Of a stretch of 64,000 nucleotides of DNA, positions 43,833 to 54,312 are shown piece by piece (positions within the stretch are counted from its first letter, which is position 1; each line of letters begins with the position of its first letter). The stretch lies in IMG/VR virus record IMGVR_UViG_3300015214_000024, positions 297,787 to 361,786 of that record; one strand, given 5' to 3'. Below the pieces are notes generated by a model that was not told where the DNA came from, made no database searches, and worked only from the letters and a program-made list of their open reading frames with translations. Source of the stretch: a virus. Its lineage: Duplodnaviria; Heunggongvirae; Uroviricota; Caudoviricetes. The position numbers and the translations under genes are program-made.

Positions 43833-45149
43833 TTAATAGAAATATGTCACTACTAGCTCATCATATTGATCAAGCTGATAGCCTGCCAGAACAGGATTAA
43901 AGGTCAACGTATGGGAAGTCATATCGAAAGTAAAGGCAGTTGAAGCAACACCATTTACATCAATTTCAACAAGTTCTTTCATATCATTAGGTACAGAAAA
44001 AACCGTTTGATTATCGGATGAAACTGATAATACAATATTAGTAAGTGTCAGGTTATTATTCGTTGGTGGTATATGAGTAATTTCAGCTACATTTGGCAAT
44101 GTAACACTTTCTGCTACATCGACGTTCTTAAAATCTAATCCAACATATTCTCCAACGAAAACCCCGTCGTGATAAACTTTAAGCATCGATGTATCCTCAT
44201 CAAACAAATGTGAAACTATACCGCCCAATAACGCTATACAATCATCTTCAATAATAAAATTTTCAACTGAATTACTTCTAAACGTCGAATTTAAATTTTT
44301 ATCTCTATTAATATACTGACTTAAATAATTCTTTTTATATTTACCACCTACGTAATTGTATAAAATAAAACACGAATCATTATATCTAAAAATCTTATCA
44401 TTATCGGCAGATCCGCCAGTCAAAGCGGTCTGAAATGATGCAGTTTCACCCATCGCCCAATGATTATCAGTATATTCATAAACTGTCACATCATCTACTT
44501 TAAACCAAAATTTGTTTAAGGACTTGCTTGGTTCATTTTTTGACACCACTATGGATGAATTCTGCAATGAAACATATTCTTCCAAAGCAGTCCACGAAAA
44601 GGCATTTTTAACGTAAATTTCCATTTGGTTATTTTGAAGTACGCCCCATACGGATTTACTAAAGCCGTCGTTTATTCCTGGCATCTTTTCAGTAATTTTG
44701 AAATCGTTCATAGGCAACCATCCCAATACGGATGGTGCTATTTCAACGCATTGATATAGGGCAAATCCCTTGTCGTAAAATTCATAAGGATTTAATGAAT
44801 ATTGACCCTCATCGGGCATCAATTTTGGGAATAATGTGGAATTTTCTATGGCCTGCGTTAAGCTAGTTCTGTTCCAAGGATTGCTATAACGAGCGACGCC
44901 AAATAAAGCTTGGTATAATGTTCTGGGAGAATCATCATAAGCATCAAGATACCTTGAAAAGCTAACATTTGGTATTTGTCGTAAGGCTGGTGCCTCATAT
45001 AATATTTCAGCACTTTCGGATATAATTGTTTTCAAGTATTCATAATTCTCTGATCCAATTGTGCCATTTGATGGTAAAACATCAAGTCCAGTTGTAACCA
45101 GAAAGAAAACAATGTTCTGACCAGGACCCAAATCACCATCACATATCAT
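43833..45149 (-). CDS. probable structural protein
   Basis: 438-aa ORF in the tail cluster. Confidence 0.65.
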   Translation of the reverse strand: MICDGDLGPGQNIVFFLVTTGLDVLPSNGTIGSENYEYLKTIISESAEILYEAPALRQIPNVSFSRYLDAYDDSPRTLYQALFGVARYSNPWNRTSLTQAIENSTLFPKLMPDEGQYSLNPYEFYDKGFALYQCVEIAPSVLGWLPMNDFKITEKMPGINDGFSKSVWGVLQNNQMEIYVKNAFSWTALEEYVSLQNSSIVVSKNEPSKSLNKFWFKVDDVTVYEYTDNHWAMGETASFQTALTGGSADNDKIFRYNDSCFILYNYVGGKYKKNYLSQYINRDKNLNSTFRSNSVENFIIEDDCIALLGGIVSHLFDEDTSMLKVYHDGVFVGEYVGLDFKNVDVAESVTLPNVAEITHIPPTNNNLTLTNIVLSVSSDNQTVFSVPNDMKELVEIDVNGVASTAFTFDMTSHTLTFNPVLAGYQLDQYDELVVTYFY

Positions 45150-48097
45150 AAACCAAATCCTAAATTCAAAACTGTCCCACTTACTGTCTTATTTTCAGCC
45201 ACAATATTATTTGTGCCAAGATATAAACTTCCGCCTACATCTTGATTAATAACCGTATTGTAAGTAGACGAATTAGTGATTAATGTAGTAACTATTGTTT
45301 TGCCACCAGTAATTCTAAAAATAGAATTTTGCGTGTTTGCAGCATCAATATTGTGAATTATTACATTACCACCACTTATATTAAATGATGCTGACGAATT
45401 GTCAATATATTGTTTTACACCATTAATATAAAGTGATCCAGAACCAATGACGACGTTCTCAAGTAGCTCACAGGACCATAATTCTAATGATCCGCCAGCT
45501 ATAGTTATCACACCATTGATTTTCGAATTTCTTATAATCATTTTACCACTATTAACTGTAATATCACCGTTAATAGTCATATTCTCGAAATGAACTTCAT
45601 CATCAGCCAAAGTTAAATTAACAATAGTTGGAGAATTTAGTTTAATATCTCTCCAAAGTGTTTCGTGAACCATTCCAGATGATGCACTTTCCATAATCAA
45701 ATTTGGTATGGTAGTAGGCATTTGAACTATAACATTTTCCGAAGCCCCAGTACCAATTAAATTAATTCCTGGCTTGAATTCGAAATTATCGTGAAGTATG
45801 AATTGTGCAATCGCTCCCGGAGTAATGTAAATTGACGAATCATATCCAAAAGTGCTTTCAGTAATGCCCATATAGATGTCATTTAATTCATCAACATTGT
45901 CAACATAGTATAAACGCGAAGGTCGAATTATCGCTTGACCTAATAGCTCATCAATTTTTTCAATATGATCAGTCAACACTGATGTGGATGAATATGAAGA
46001 AGCAATATATTCTACGTGAACTTGATCACTTGAAATTGAATCTAAATCACCAGTTCCATTTAAGGTATTGTTTGATCCTATATCATTTATACCAAGTTGA
46101 TAAGGACTGTCACCAGTTTTTTCAATCTTACCATAAGTACCATCATCTTGCTTTGTAGAAACAAGGTTCAAGTATAGGAAATTGTTTCCACTATTATCAG
46201 CGGTATCAGTGATGGATTCTCCTGAACCATCCGCATCAATTTGCCCAACATTGACTACTGACAAATAGCCTGCACTATGCTCAATATGTCCAACAACCGC
46301 ACTATCACGTATATAGGTTTTTGATCCAACCCCATCAATTATGAAATTAGCTTGTGGTGAATTGATTCCACGTATTACTAACTTGTGCCCTGATGTGTCT
46401 GAATTGTAAAGATTTGCTGCCCAGTTACTGTCAATAATTTCACTATCAGCAGATAATTCAAGAATATTAATTGCTGAATCGGGAGATATGAAGTTTGAAT
46501 TGTATAATTTAAACGAGCCATTGTTGACCATAAAAGCTGAAGTTGATGAATATACATTGATATGGTCAGTAATTAACATCGCCCCGTTGGTTATTTGAAT
46601 TTCCGAATCAGTAAAGGTTGCATCAGCAAAGCCTATGATCTTCAAATCTTTATCAACAATAACGTTTTCACCGTCATATGATCCAGATGCTACTATAATT
46701 GTTTGATCAGCTTGTGCCTGCGTGACTGCATATTCCAAAGTTTGATATGGTCTATTGTAGGATCCAGTGTTCGAGTTACTACCATTTTCGGCAACCCATA
46801 TTACATTATCCAATGATGAGACCGCCTGCCCCAATACTGCATCAATTCCAACTAAATGTGATGTTATGGATGCTTCACGAACATCACGCTTTTCAAGTGG
46901 ATTATTAGGTATATTATAATTCGTTGGATTGTAGAATGATGAAAGATCAGATGCTTCAGTGACAAAATATGCTCGTGATCCCATTAGTACGTCAGCTTGA
47001 GCATCTCTGCCCACATTATTAATGACCCAATCACAATCTCCAGTTTTGTTAATATAACTCCATCCAGTCACTTGCTTGAATGAAACATTGTCAATTAACA
47101 ACAAACCAGTATCAGAAGTTGATCTAATACTATTGTTGGTGCCAATTGTGGAATTGTCATCATCATAATCAAAAGTTGGCGCATTGCGTATTTCAACATC
47201 ACCACCAACGTGATCAATCATTGGGGCCTTAATTGCTGAATGTATAATTAACGAAGTGTAAGTTGAAACCAATCCACCATCCGAATCAGTATTGTATAGT
47301 TCCGCAGGACCATTTGCAGAAATATGAGTTTTAATCAAAGTATTCTTTAAAATCAACAAGCCAATACCAGTCACACCATTTTGATCTTCACGAGTTAATG
47401 ATCCAGAATCAATGGTTACTGTTCCGTTATTGATTAAAATTTCATCAACGTTGTTTTCAAACTTGATACCAGTTGCTTTAACCGAAGTATTTAAAGCAGT
47501 AGTCATTTTACCAAAAATAGTAACGTCAGCATCGTCAATAGCTAGAAAAGTTATCGACTTGGATACTGTCAAGTCCTCAGAATACGTGCCTGCGTAAATG
47601 ACAATAGTATCGCCATCATCAACTACGATGTTTGCTTCATTAATTGTTTTAAATGGCGCCTCTTTTGATCCATCACCAGTTGTGGCAACTGATTGATCAA
47701 CATAATAGGTAAGACCGGCTTGAGAATTAGATATTCCTGGGACTTTATACCAAACTAAATGACCATTACCATCAGTACCTAATAAATCACCAGCATCGCC
47801 ATCATTATCTGGAAATTGTAGCCCATTTAAAATTAAATGACCACCAATACCGGGTTGTATTATTATATCCTGCCCAGCATTGGATATGATGCTATATCCA
47901 TTTAAATTTAAATCGCCACCAAGCGTAGGGTCAGGATCAAGTCCAATATCGATAGTGCCACCAGGGCCTGTTCCAGTTAAGCCGATAATGACAGAATGTC
48001 GATCCTCACTGTATTCCAGACTTACACCAGTATCGGCTTCGAGCCATTTTGTTGTTGAGGAACCGGTGAAAATATCAAATAGACTTATCTTGGCCAT
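45146..48097 (-). CDS. large right-handed beta-helix virion protein (repeated modules)
   Basis: DPTLGGDLNLNG; GDGSKEAPFKTI and GSYNRPYQTL beta-helix caps. Confidence 0.75.
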   Translation of the reverse strand: MAKISLFDIFTGSSTTKWLEADTGVSLEYSEDRHSVIIGLTGTGPGGTIDIGLDPDPTLGGDLNLNGYSIISNAGQDIIIQPGIGGHLILNGLQFPDNDGDAGDLLGTDGNGHLVWYKVPGISNSQAGLTYYVDQSVATTGDGSKEAPFKTINEANIVVDDGDTIVIYAGTYSEDLTVSKSITFLAIDDADVTIFGKMTTALNTSVKATGIKFENNVDEILINNGTVTIDSGSLTREDQNGVTGIGLLILKNTLIKTHISANGPAELYNTDSDGGLVSTYTSLIIHSAIKAPMIDHVGGDVEIRNAPTFDYDDDNSTIGTNNSIRSTSDTGLLLIDNVSFKQVTGWSYINKTGDCDWVINNVGRDAQADVLMGSRAYFVTEASDLSSFYNPTNYNIPNNPLEKRDVREASITSHLVGIDAVLGQAVSSLDNVIWVAENGSNSNTGSYNRPYQTLEYAVTQAQADQTIIVASGSYDGENVIVDKDLKIIGFADATFTDSEIQITNGAMLITDHINVYSSTSAFMVNNGSFKLYNSNFISPDSAINILELSADSEIIDSNWAANLYNSDTSGHKLVIRGINSPQANFIIDGVGSKTYIRDSAVVGHIEHSAGYLSVVNVGQIDADGSGESITDTADNSGNNFLYLNLVSTKQDDGTYGKIEKTGDSPYQLGINDIGSNNTLNGTGDLDSISSDQVHVEYIASSYSSTSVLTDHIEKIDELLGQAIIRPSRLYYVDNVDELNDIYMGITESTFGYDSSIYITPGAIAQFILHDNFEFKPGINLIGTGASENVIVQMPTTIPNLIMESASSGMVHETLWRDIKLNSPTIVNLTLADDEVHFENMTINGDITVNSGKMIIRNSKINGVITIAGGSLELWSCELLENVVIGSGSLYINGVKQYIDNSSASFNISGGNVIIHNIDAANTQNSIFRITGGKTIVTTLITNSSTYNTVINQDVGGSLYLGTNNIVAENKTVSGTVLNLGFGL

Positions 48098-48152
48098 GAA
48101 TTTATCCTACGTGTAAATTTACCAACTATTTAGTCAGATCTTATAGGTGATA

Positions 48153-48184
48153 GAAAAACCCCGGAGGATTTTGTCCTCCGGGGC
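48153..48184 (-). terminator. intrinsic terminator
   Basis: CCCCGGAGGA-CAAAA-TCCTCCGGGG-TTTTT. Confidence 0.85.
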
Positions 48185-48215
48185 CGTATTCTTTTTCTAA
48201 AACTCTAATTAAAAA

Positions 48216-48644
48216 TTAGATAGTTTCTGCGGCAGTTACAGCAACTGAAATAGTACCAGCATCAATACTTGCTGCCTTTACAATAGCTGCTTCCAAAGCA
48301 TCAGACAAAACTGCTTGCTTTGTATCACCAGTATCTTTTGCTTCCTTGAAGCCAGCTACACGATTGGTAGCAAAGCGGAAACTTAGGTCACCTGGTGCCA
48401 ATGCGCCCAAGATGATTGGGGTTTCAAACATTTCGATAGTTTCAACAAGAACGTCGAAAAGAGTCTTGTTAACATCGACGTCAAAAGTTCCGCCAACGCT
48501 ACCATCAAAACCAGTTGTTGGTACGCCTTCTTTTAGAGTTAAAGCTGAGTTAGCGCCGCTGAAAGTTGCGGTTACTGTGAAAAACTGATTGTCACCGCCA
48601 ACAAATTCAGCGCCAGCTACTTGACCGTTTACTTTAGTTGTCAT
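48216..48644 (-). CDS. probable abundant virion protein
   Basis: own late promoter, CAGGAG SD and terminator. Confidence 0.65.
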   Translation of the reverse strand: MTTKVNGQVAGAEFVGGDNQFFTVTATFSGANSALTLKEGVPTTGFDGSVGGTFDVDVNKTLFDVLVETIEMFETPIILGALAPGDLSFRFATNRVAGFKEAKDTGDTKQAVLSDALEAAIVKAASIDAGTISVAVTAAETI

Positions 48645-48743
48645 TTTGGAGTATCTCCTGTTTATATTAACTATTAGAAATCCAATCCTGCAGGATATGT
48701 TTTAGTGATTTCTTCTTATTATTTATGATTTTAGTGATAAGAA

Positions 48744-48905
48744 TTACTTTTTACCCTTTTTCTTTTTAGGTTTTGGCGGATTTTCACCATAAACTGAGCG
48801 TCTTATCACTTCGCCCGAGCCAAGCGGCATTGCCACCGAGGCAATAGCACCAGATGCCGTCGCGCCGGCAGACGCATTTTCCTGTATAATTTCATTTATT
48901 TTCAT
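48744..48905 (-). CDS. small probable internal head protein
   Basis: MKINEIIQENASAGATASGAIA...KKKKGKK. Confidence 0.65.
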   Translation of the reverse strand: MKINEIIQENASAGATASGAIASVAMPLGSGEVIRRSVYGENPPKPKKKKGKK

Positions 48906-49563
48906 TTTTCTTTGGTCTCCCTGGGCCTCTTGATGTCTTATAAGCATCTTTATTATTGTCCAAATCAGGATCTTCCAATTTTGCCTTTTTAGCCACCGTT
49001 TCTAATATTGGCAATATATCTGCCTTACCAACATAAGAACGAAAGCTTTGTATTAATCGTGTAAAAACTAAAACCTTATCAGTTTCTGATTCAAATTCCC
49101 ACTCACCACACAGACGGCGGATAGATTTTAAAGTAGTATCACTGACCTTCAATTGATTTTCTGCGTATAATAAAAATCTGCGATCAAATTCAACATTTTG
49201 CTGGCCCTTGATAGCCTGGTTAACGAATGTACGAAGAGTTGGCATATTGAAGGTCAAAGACTGAATAAAATGTTTACTCTCTTCAGGGTCTTTAAATTTT
49301 ACTTGTTCAGCCGCTCTATCACTAAAAAGTAAATTGATTAAAACGTCCAAGTCATTACCCTTTAAAGATCCATCGGCCTGCAATCTACTGCCACCCAAAT
49401 AGTCAGCGATGGCTGATGCGCCATAAAATTCCGATTTCAATATCCTAATAGCACACAAGTAGGCAAAGAAGATATTTGCAAAATCCCTCGCAGTATATTT
49501 GCTTGTGCCAAAAATATTCTTATTCAAAATATTCGCTTCAGTGATTGAATTCAAGAATTCCAT
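48892..49563 (-). CDS. hypothetical (probable virion) protein
   Basis: 223-aa ORF. Confidence 0.7.
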   Translation of the reverse strand: MEFLNSITEANILNKNIFGTSKYTARDFANIFFAYLCAIRILKSEFYGASAIADYLGGSRLQADGSLKGNDLDVLINLLFSDRAAEQVKFKDPEESKHFIQSLTFNMPTLRTFVNQAIKGQQNVEFDRRFLLYAENQLKVSDTTLKSIRRLCGEWEFESETDKVLVFTRLIQSFRSYVGKADILPILETVAKKAKLEDPDLDNNKDAYKTSRGPGRPKKNENK

Positions 49564-49580
49564 AATATTTCCTCTTTATT

Positions 49581-50435
49581 TTATTTACTGGTTTCGAGGA
49601 TTTCTTTAAAACGCTTTTCAATATTTTGCTGCATTTCTGCTGAATAGTTTTCTGAAATGGCCAATCTAAATGCCTCAACGGTATCATATTCATCAACATT
49701 GAAAGTTGATTTAGGGAAGAAATAGTCAATTATCTCATATGGGTTCACTAATGCTCTAACTGGCAATCGAATATCTCTACCATAAAGCTTTTTAAATTCT
49801 TCTTTGGTGATTTTTTTAATCTGTTTTACCCTACCACTACCATTTTTCTTTTTAGGATGGTGTCGGTATTCAAATGTTATACCCTTATGGCGGTCAAGTT
49901 TCGGTCCTGCAAAAGCTACAGGAATTCCATCTTCGTTTATGACTTCTCTCAATGATTGAGTCAAAGCTGATATATAGAAATTCCTATAAAATCCCTTGTT
50001 GTATTCTGTCCGATGTGACGGATCTGGTGAAGCAAACATAAATTTCAAAACTTCATAATCGCCCAAGATGAAATCAACCTGAACGTTGTGATTACTGCGA
50101 AGCTGATATAAAAGAGAGACAATCTTTAAGGACGCTCTTGCTCGAACCTCCATTGTGGGGAAACTTTTCTTTAAAAGCTCTTCAATAGTGGCCAAATCAA
50201 TAGCTTCATCGCCGGATGATTTTGATACGGCAATGTCAATATCACCCATAATATCTTTCTTACCCAACTGTCCATCTAAGCACATTGATGAACTCCCAAG
50301 AGTCCGTTCACGTATAGATGGATTGGCAAACATACCGTGGTGGCCAAGCCTTGACTCCAAATCATTGATAATTATCTCAAGCTCATTTCGGGTTACTGGA
50401 CCTATGTTGTCCACGTGAAACATATTACCACTCAT
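49581..50435 (-). CDS. Pol-beta-superfamily nucleotidyltransferase-like protein, paralog of 8614..9501
   Basis: LGSS...MGDIDIAV, VQVDFILG. Confidence 0.7.
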   Translation of the reverse strand: MSGNMFHVDNIGPVTRNELEIIINDLESRLGHHGMFANPSIRERTLGSSSMCLDGQLGKKDIMGDIDIAVSKSSGDEAIDLATIEELLKKSFPTMEVRARASLKIVSLLYQLRSNHNVQVDFILGDYEVLKFMFASPDPSHRTEYNKGFYRNFYISALTQSLREVINEDGIPVAFAGPKLDRHKGITFEYRHHPKKKNGSGRVKQIKKITKEEFKKLYGRDIRLPVRALVNPYEIIDYFFPKSTFNVDEYDTVEAFRLAISENYSAEMQQNIEKRFKEILETSK

Positions 50436-51565
50436 ATATAACCTCCCTGAAGGGCATTAAGACCAATTGACGAATGATTTGGCTTTTCAGCCGCAGACTC
50501 AACACACAAATCAATAAAATGTATTTTATCCTTGGCTGTTGAAAAAGCATCTAAATTGCGCTGATGAGTATATTCATCAATATAGCATTTACCATATGGA
50601 GTTTCAATAAACATAGACTTATATGATGAAAGATAATCATCTTCCATATCATTAACCATTTTGAGATACTTCCCAACAATAGCCTTAATAATGATATAGT
50701 TTCGGTTAAAAAACATACTGTCATTGAGAGAGATTAGTTGACTCCAAGTTGGATTACTTAAAACCCATCGTTTTTTCTGACTAGTTGCGAGCGGACCGCA
50801 CGAATAGTGAGTTGCAATTTCAGATATCAATTCCTGATAAATTCCGCCCGTTGAGGCAACTCCAGGCTTGGGCGCACTAAGCTTCTTGCGTATTTCGTGC
50901 AAGAACTTATTCATAATCGTAAATCGGTCTTTGTTGACCAATTTATAAATCATATCACCGTTTTTAAAGACTAAACCTTCAATCCAACTATCAGGATTGT
51001 TGGTGCCATATTGGCTTGGAATATCAAGCAATGTCTTTTTCATTTGAACCAGGGCTTCGGATCGACTCAAACCCTGCTTAAACAGCGCCTGAACAGCGTC
51101 ATAATCAATTTTGTATGGACGATTCATTTTAAAAGACCAAGTTCCGTGATTTGAAACGTCAATAGTCTCAGTATTAATGCTTAAGGATCCAGATTCAACA
51201 CACAAAACAATCATCTGATGTTCATCATATGGAACAACATTTGTCACTGGAGTATCGATAATTTCAATCTCAACTTCAGTGCCGGCTTTCATAGAAATGG
51301 CGCCAGTTTGAACAAAACTGTGAATCACTTCCATATATTTGGCAAAATGCTTACCTAAAATATGTCTAGCCTCATATATAGTCCGGCCAGGTTTTCTCCC
51401 ATCCTTCTTATCCCTGGACATATAAAGGACGCCATTTTCGTCTAATCCGAACGAAAGATTGGACCCATCAACCTTTTCGGTTACTTCAAATTTACCAATA
51501 TTATCAATGAAATATTGAAACTCGTCGTCCTTTATTTTTTCATCACATAGGTGCCTAATGCCCAT
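50432..51565 (-). CDS. ATP-dependent ligase-fold (KxDG) nucleotidyltransferase
   Basis: TEKVDGSN, EIEII, IEGLVFK, YKLV. Confidence 0.7.
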   Translation of the reverse strand: MGIRHLCDEKIKDDEFQYFIDNIGKFEVTEKVDGSNLSFGLDENGVLYMSRDKKDGRKPGRTIYEARHILGKHFAKYMEVIHSFVQTGAISMKAGTEVEIEIIDTPVTNVVPYDEHQMIVLCVESGSLSINTETIDVSNHGTWSFKMNRPYKIDYDAVQALFKQGLSRSEALVQMKKTLLDIPSQYGTNNPDSWIEGLVFKNGDMIYKLVNKDRFTIMNKFLHEIRKKLSAPKPGVASTGGIYQELISEIATHYSCGPLATSQKKRWVLSNPTWSQLISLNDSMFFNRNYIIIKAIVGKYLKMVNDMEDDYLSSYKSMFIETPYGKCYIDEYTHQRNLDAFSTAKDKIHFIDLCVESAAEKPNHSSIGLNALQGGYI

Positions 51566-51631
51566 AAAAAATCCCGTATTGAGTGAAATAGTAACTCTCA
51601 ATACAGGATTTTTAGTTTTATGTCAAGGACT

Positions 51632-52501
51632 TTAAACGGCGTTGATTGCTTTCAAATAACTATATCCTAAAGCAGCAAGTGTTCTACTATTCTTTGAAAA
51701 ACTTTGGGTAAATCCACGCTTAGCATCATTAATTGCCTGCTGGCGGTCTGCTGCTGAAATATGCAAACTATTTAAGGTCTTGCCCATTTTGGTAGAAATC
51801 TGTGATGCTGATAGGCTGCCTGCATCTGCTGGTTCACTACCAGTTGCTTGAGACTTGTCTTCTTCACCATCTGCGGCTTCTTCACCGGATTTATTAGCAT
51901 TAGTTTCAGGTTCAGCCTTGAATTTTGTTTGATTTTGAGGAAGATTTTCATATCCAAGATCATCAATATCAATGTGCTTTTCTTCAGCGCGAGTTTCAAT
52001 TGCATCACCAACACCATAAAAATAAGCAAATGACAATGCTGGAATAAAATCTTCTATGTTTACAATCTTACCAGTTGCTCGATCAGTTTCTGGCTTAACC
52101 TGCTTAACTGCGTCATTAAAGGTGGCATCACCCATTTTATATTGGGTCTTTAAGAATTGCTTTAAATTATCAACAGTAAGCTCTTGATTAAATCTCTTAC
52201 TATATTTGCCCCAATCTGCCATAAATTTAGCCTGATCGTCCATAGCCTGCATTGCGCCTTGGCGCTCAGCCGCCCATTGTTGGCCGAAAATTTTAGCACC
52301 AATCTTAGTCATCAAGCTAACATCTTGATCTGAAGGGTGATTAAATTCCATCAATTTTCTGTTAAGAGCAAACAAATCTTCTTTATCCATAGATTCTAAA
52401 ATTAAATCAAGTTCATATTCACTAGCATTTCCAAGTGATTCTGTCAAGGTAGACATTTCGTCTTGATAAAGTTTGGTTACTGCATCAATATATTCTCTCA
52501 T
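51632..52501 (-). CDS. probable head/internal protein
   Basis: LTES/ILES sites, acidic. Confidence 0.6.
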   Translation of the reverse strand: MREYIDAVTKLYQDEMSTLTESLGNASEYELDLILESMDKEDLFALNRKLMEFNHPSDQDVSLMTKIGAKIFGQQWAAERQGAMQAMDDQAKFMADWGKYSKRFNQELTVDNLKQFLKTQYKMGDATFNDAVKQVKPETDRATGKIVNIEDFIPALSFAYFYGVGDAIETRAEEKHIDIDDLGYENLPQNQTKFKAEPETNANKSGEEAADGEEDKSQATGSEPADAGSLSASQISTKMGKTLNSLHISAADRQQAINDAKRGFTQSFSKNSRTLAALGYSYLKAINAV

Positions 52502-52746
52502 TTGGATTGCCCCTCTTTGAGTTGTCGAATTCTTTTACGAGTCTTTCCAAAATCTCTCGACTTGAGCGAATTAACTAATCTTCGTGAAATTTCTTCAGCT
52601 TCCTCAACAGAAAAATTCTCTTCAATATATTTCAAAAGATTTATTCCGCTTGATATGAATTGTTCCGATCTAGATTCCAATACAAGATACTTGTCGCGAT
52701 TTCTCGCCATTGAATGTAGTTCAGATAAGATACTTTTATTGCTCAT
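52498..52746 (-). CDS. conserved hypothetical protein
   Basis: 82-aa helical ORF. Confidence 0.7.
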   Translation of the reverse strand: MSNKSILSELHSMARNRDKYLVLESRSEQFISSGINLLKYIEENFSVEEAEEISRRLVNSLKSRDFGKTRKRIRQLKEGQSK

Positions 52747-52795
52747 AGAAAAACTCTCTGGTATTTTACATTATTTATTTGATTCTGCTTTTTAA

Positions 52796-54307
52796 TCAAT
52801 TTGAGTTCTTCATCTTGAGAATTTTAGCCAATCTCTGTTCTGGTGATATAACCTCCTGCTTCAGTGAATCTGGGGTCATTTTTTCTATCTTTTCCATTAT
52901 AGGATTTGAAGATGGCTTAGGTAGCGGGTCAGGTGCTGGTGCAGTTGATCCTATGTTTATGCCCAAATCTGCCCTTGCTTGTTTACCAAATAATACTGCC
53001 TTAACATCGTTTACTGATTCAATTGGAGTATCATCATCTTCATCACTATTAGACAAGCGCAATGCATCTTTATCAAGCAACAATGTAATTTTTCTATGAG
53101 TACCATTGCTTGAACGAGTCTTTAGAAATTGGAATTGATATTCACCACGATCACGCATAGCAGCCGAGCAGAAGATTGATACCAAGTTATCACAAGTTTG
53201 AATTTTTGATAGGCCGCCTTGGATCATAGCGTGATTGTGGTCTGCTTCATCCACCGCACCTCTGCCTAACTGGCTTGCGCTGGCGCCTAAAATATCATAT
53301 TCTGCTAACAAACCACGAAGCTCTTCAGAAACATACTTATCTTTCTGATAAACATTGTTAACGTCAACCTTATTACTATTTGGATGCATCAAATCCATAT
53401 AGTCAACTAGCAACGCATCTGGCTTTCTACCGTGTTGAACTTCATATTCTTTCAAATAGGCCTTGATTTGATTAGTTGTGGTTCCGGCCGGCATATATTT
53501 AACAATGAACGATCCACCCTTTTTAGAACTCAATGCCACCTTTGTTTCAAGATCATCCATCTTTTTATACATTTCATAAGATGGAATGCCTGCAATCATA
53601 GTGTACATTCTTCGAGCGATGAGTTCTTCACTCAATTCGAATGACAAATAAACCACGTGCATTGGCTCAAATGATCTAGTATCACCATTTTTAAGCTCAT
53701 AGCTGGTACCATAGTACCAATTCAATCCCAAATTTTGCAGAACAAGACTTTTACCGACGCCCGAGCCAGCAGCAAAAATTGTCAATTCGCCTCTGTTTAA
53801 TCCACCATATAATACTTCATCGAATTGTTTCCACCCGGTGGCAACAGTTTTGTTTTGCCTAATACGTTCCATCAATTCTCTAGGATTGCTGAAAATATTT
53901 GTACCAAGATCCTTTTGAAGTGAAACTTGAACCGCTTGTTTGACCATTGATTCGACTTCACCATAATTGCCCTTATCAATAAAGTCTAATGATTCGTTAA
54001 CCGCGTGAACAATTGCTGATCGTTGACAAAACTTTTCAACATTATCTAATACCCACGAACTATCGTGAGTAGTCATATCGTATTGGGTTAATCTTTTGCC
54101 TGTCTCAGCATAAATTTGATCATTATTAGGCAAAGAATTAAATTTCTCAGTATGATACTGAACATATTTGACTATTGGTTGCAATTCTGTATCAAAATAT
54201 TTGGTTTTTATAATACTATTTGCTCGCTGGAATACACTTTCATCAGCCAGCATATATGAAAGCATCAGTTCTTGTTTATCATACCCGAATTCTAAATCAT
54301 ATTTCAT
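52796..54307 (-). CDS. replicative DnaB-like helicase (T4 gp41-like)
   Basis: AGSGVGKS, YLSFEL, LVDYMDL, SASQLGR. Confidence 0.93.
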   Translation of the reverse strand: MKYDLEFGYDKQELMLSYMLADESVFQRANSIIKTKYFDTELQPIVKYVQYHTEKFNSLPNNDQIYAETGKRLTQYDMTTHDSSWVLDNVEKFCQRSAIVHAVNESLDFIDKGNYGEVESMVKQAVQVSLQKDLGTNIFSNPRELMERIRQNKTVATGWKQFDEVLYGGLNRGELTIFAAGSGVGKSLVLQNLGLNWYYGTSYELKNGDTRSFEPMHVVYLSFELSEELIARRMYTMIAGIPSYEMYKKMDDLETKVALSSKKGGSFIVKYMPAGTTTNQIKAYLKEYEVQHGRKPDALLVDYMDLMHPNSNKVDVNNVYQKDKYVSEELRGLLAEYDILGASASQLGRGAVDEADHNHAMIQGGLSKIQTCDNLVSIFCSAAMRDRGEYQFQFLKTRSSNGTHRKITLLLDKDALRLSNSDEDDDTPIESVNDVKAVLFGKQARADLGINIGSTAPAPDPLPKPSSNPIMEKIEKMTPDSLKQEVISPEQRLAKILKMKNSN

Positions 54308-54312
54308 ATTTG

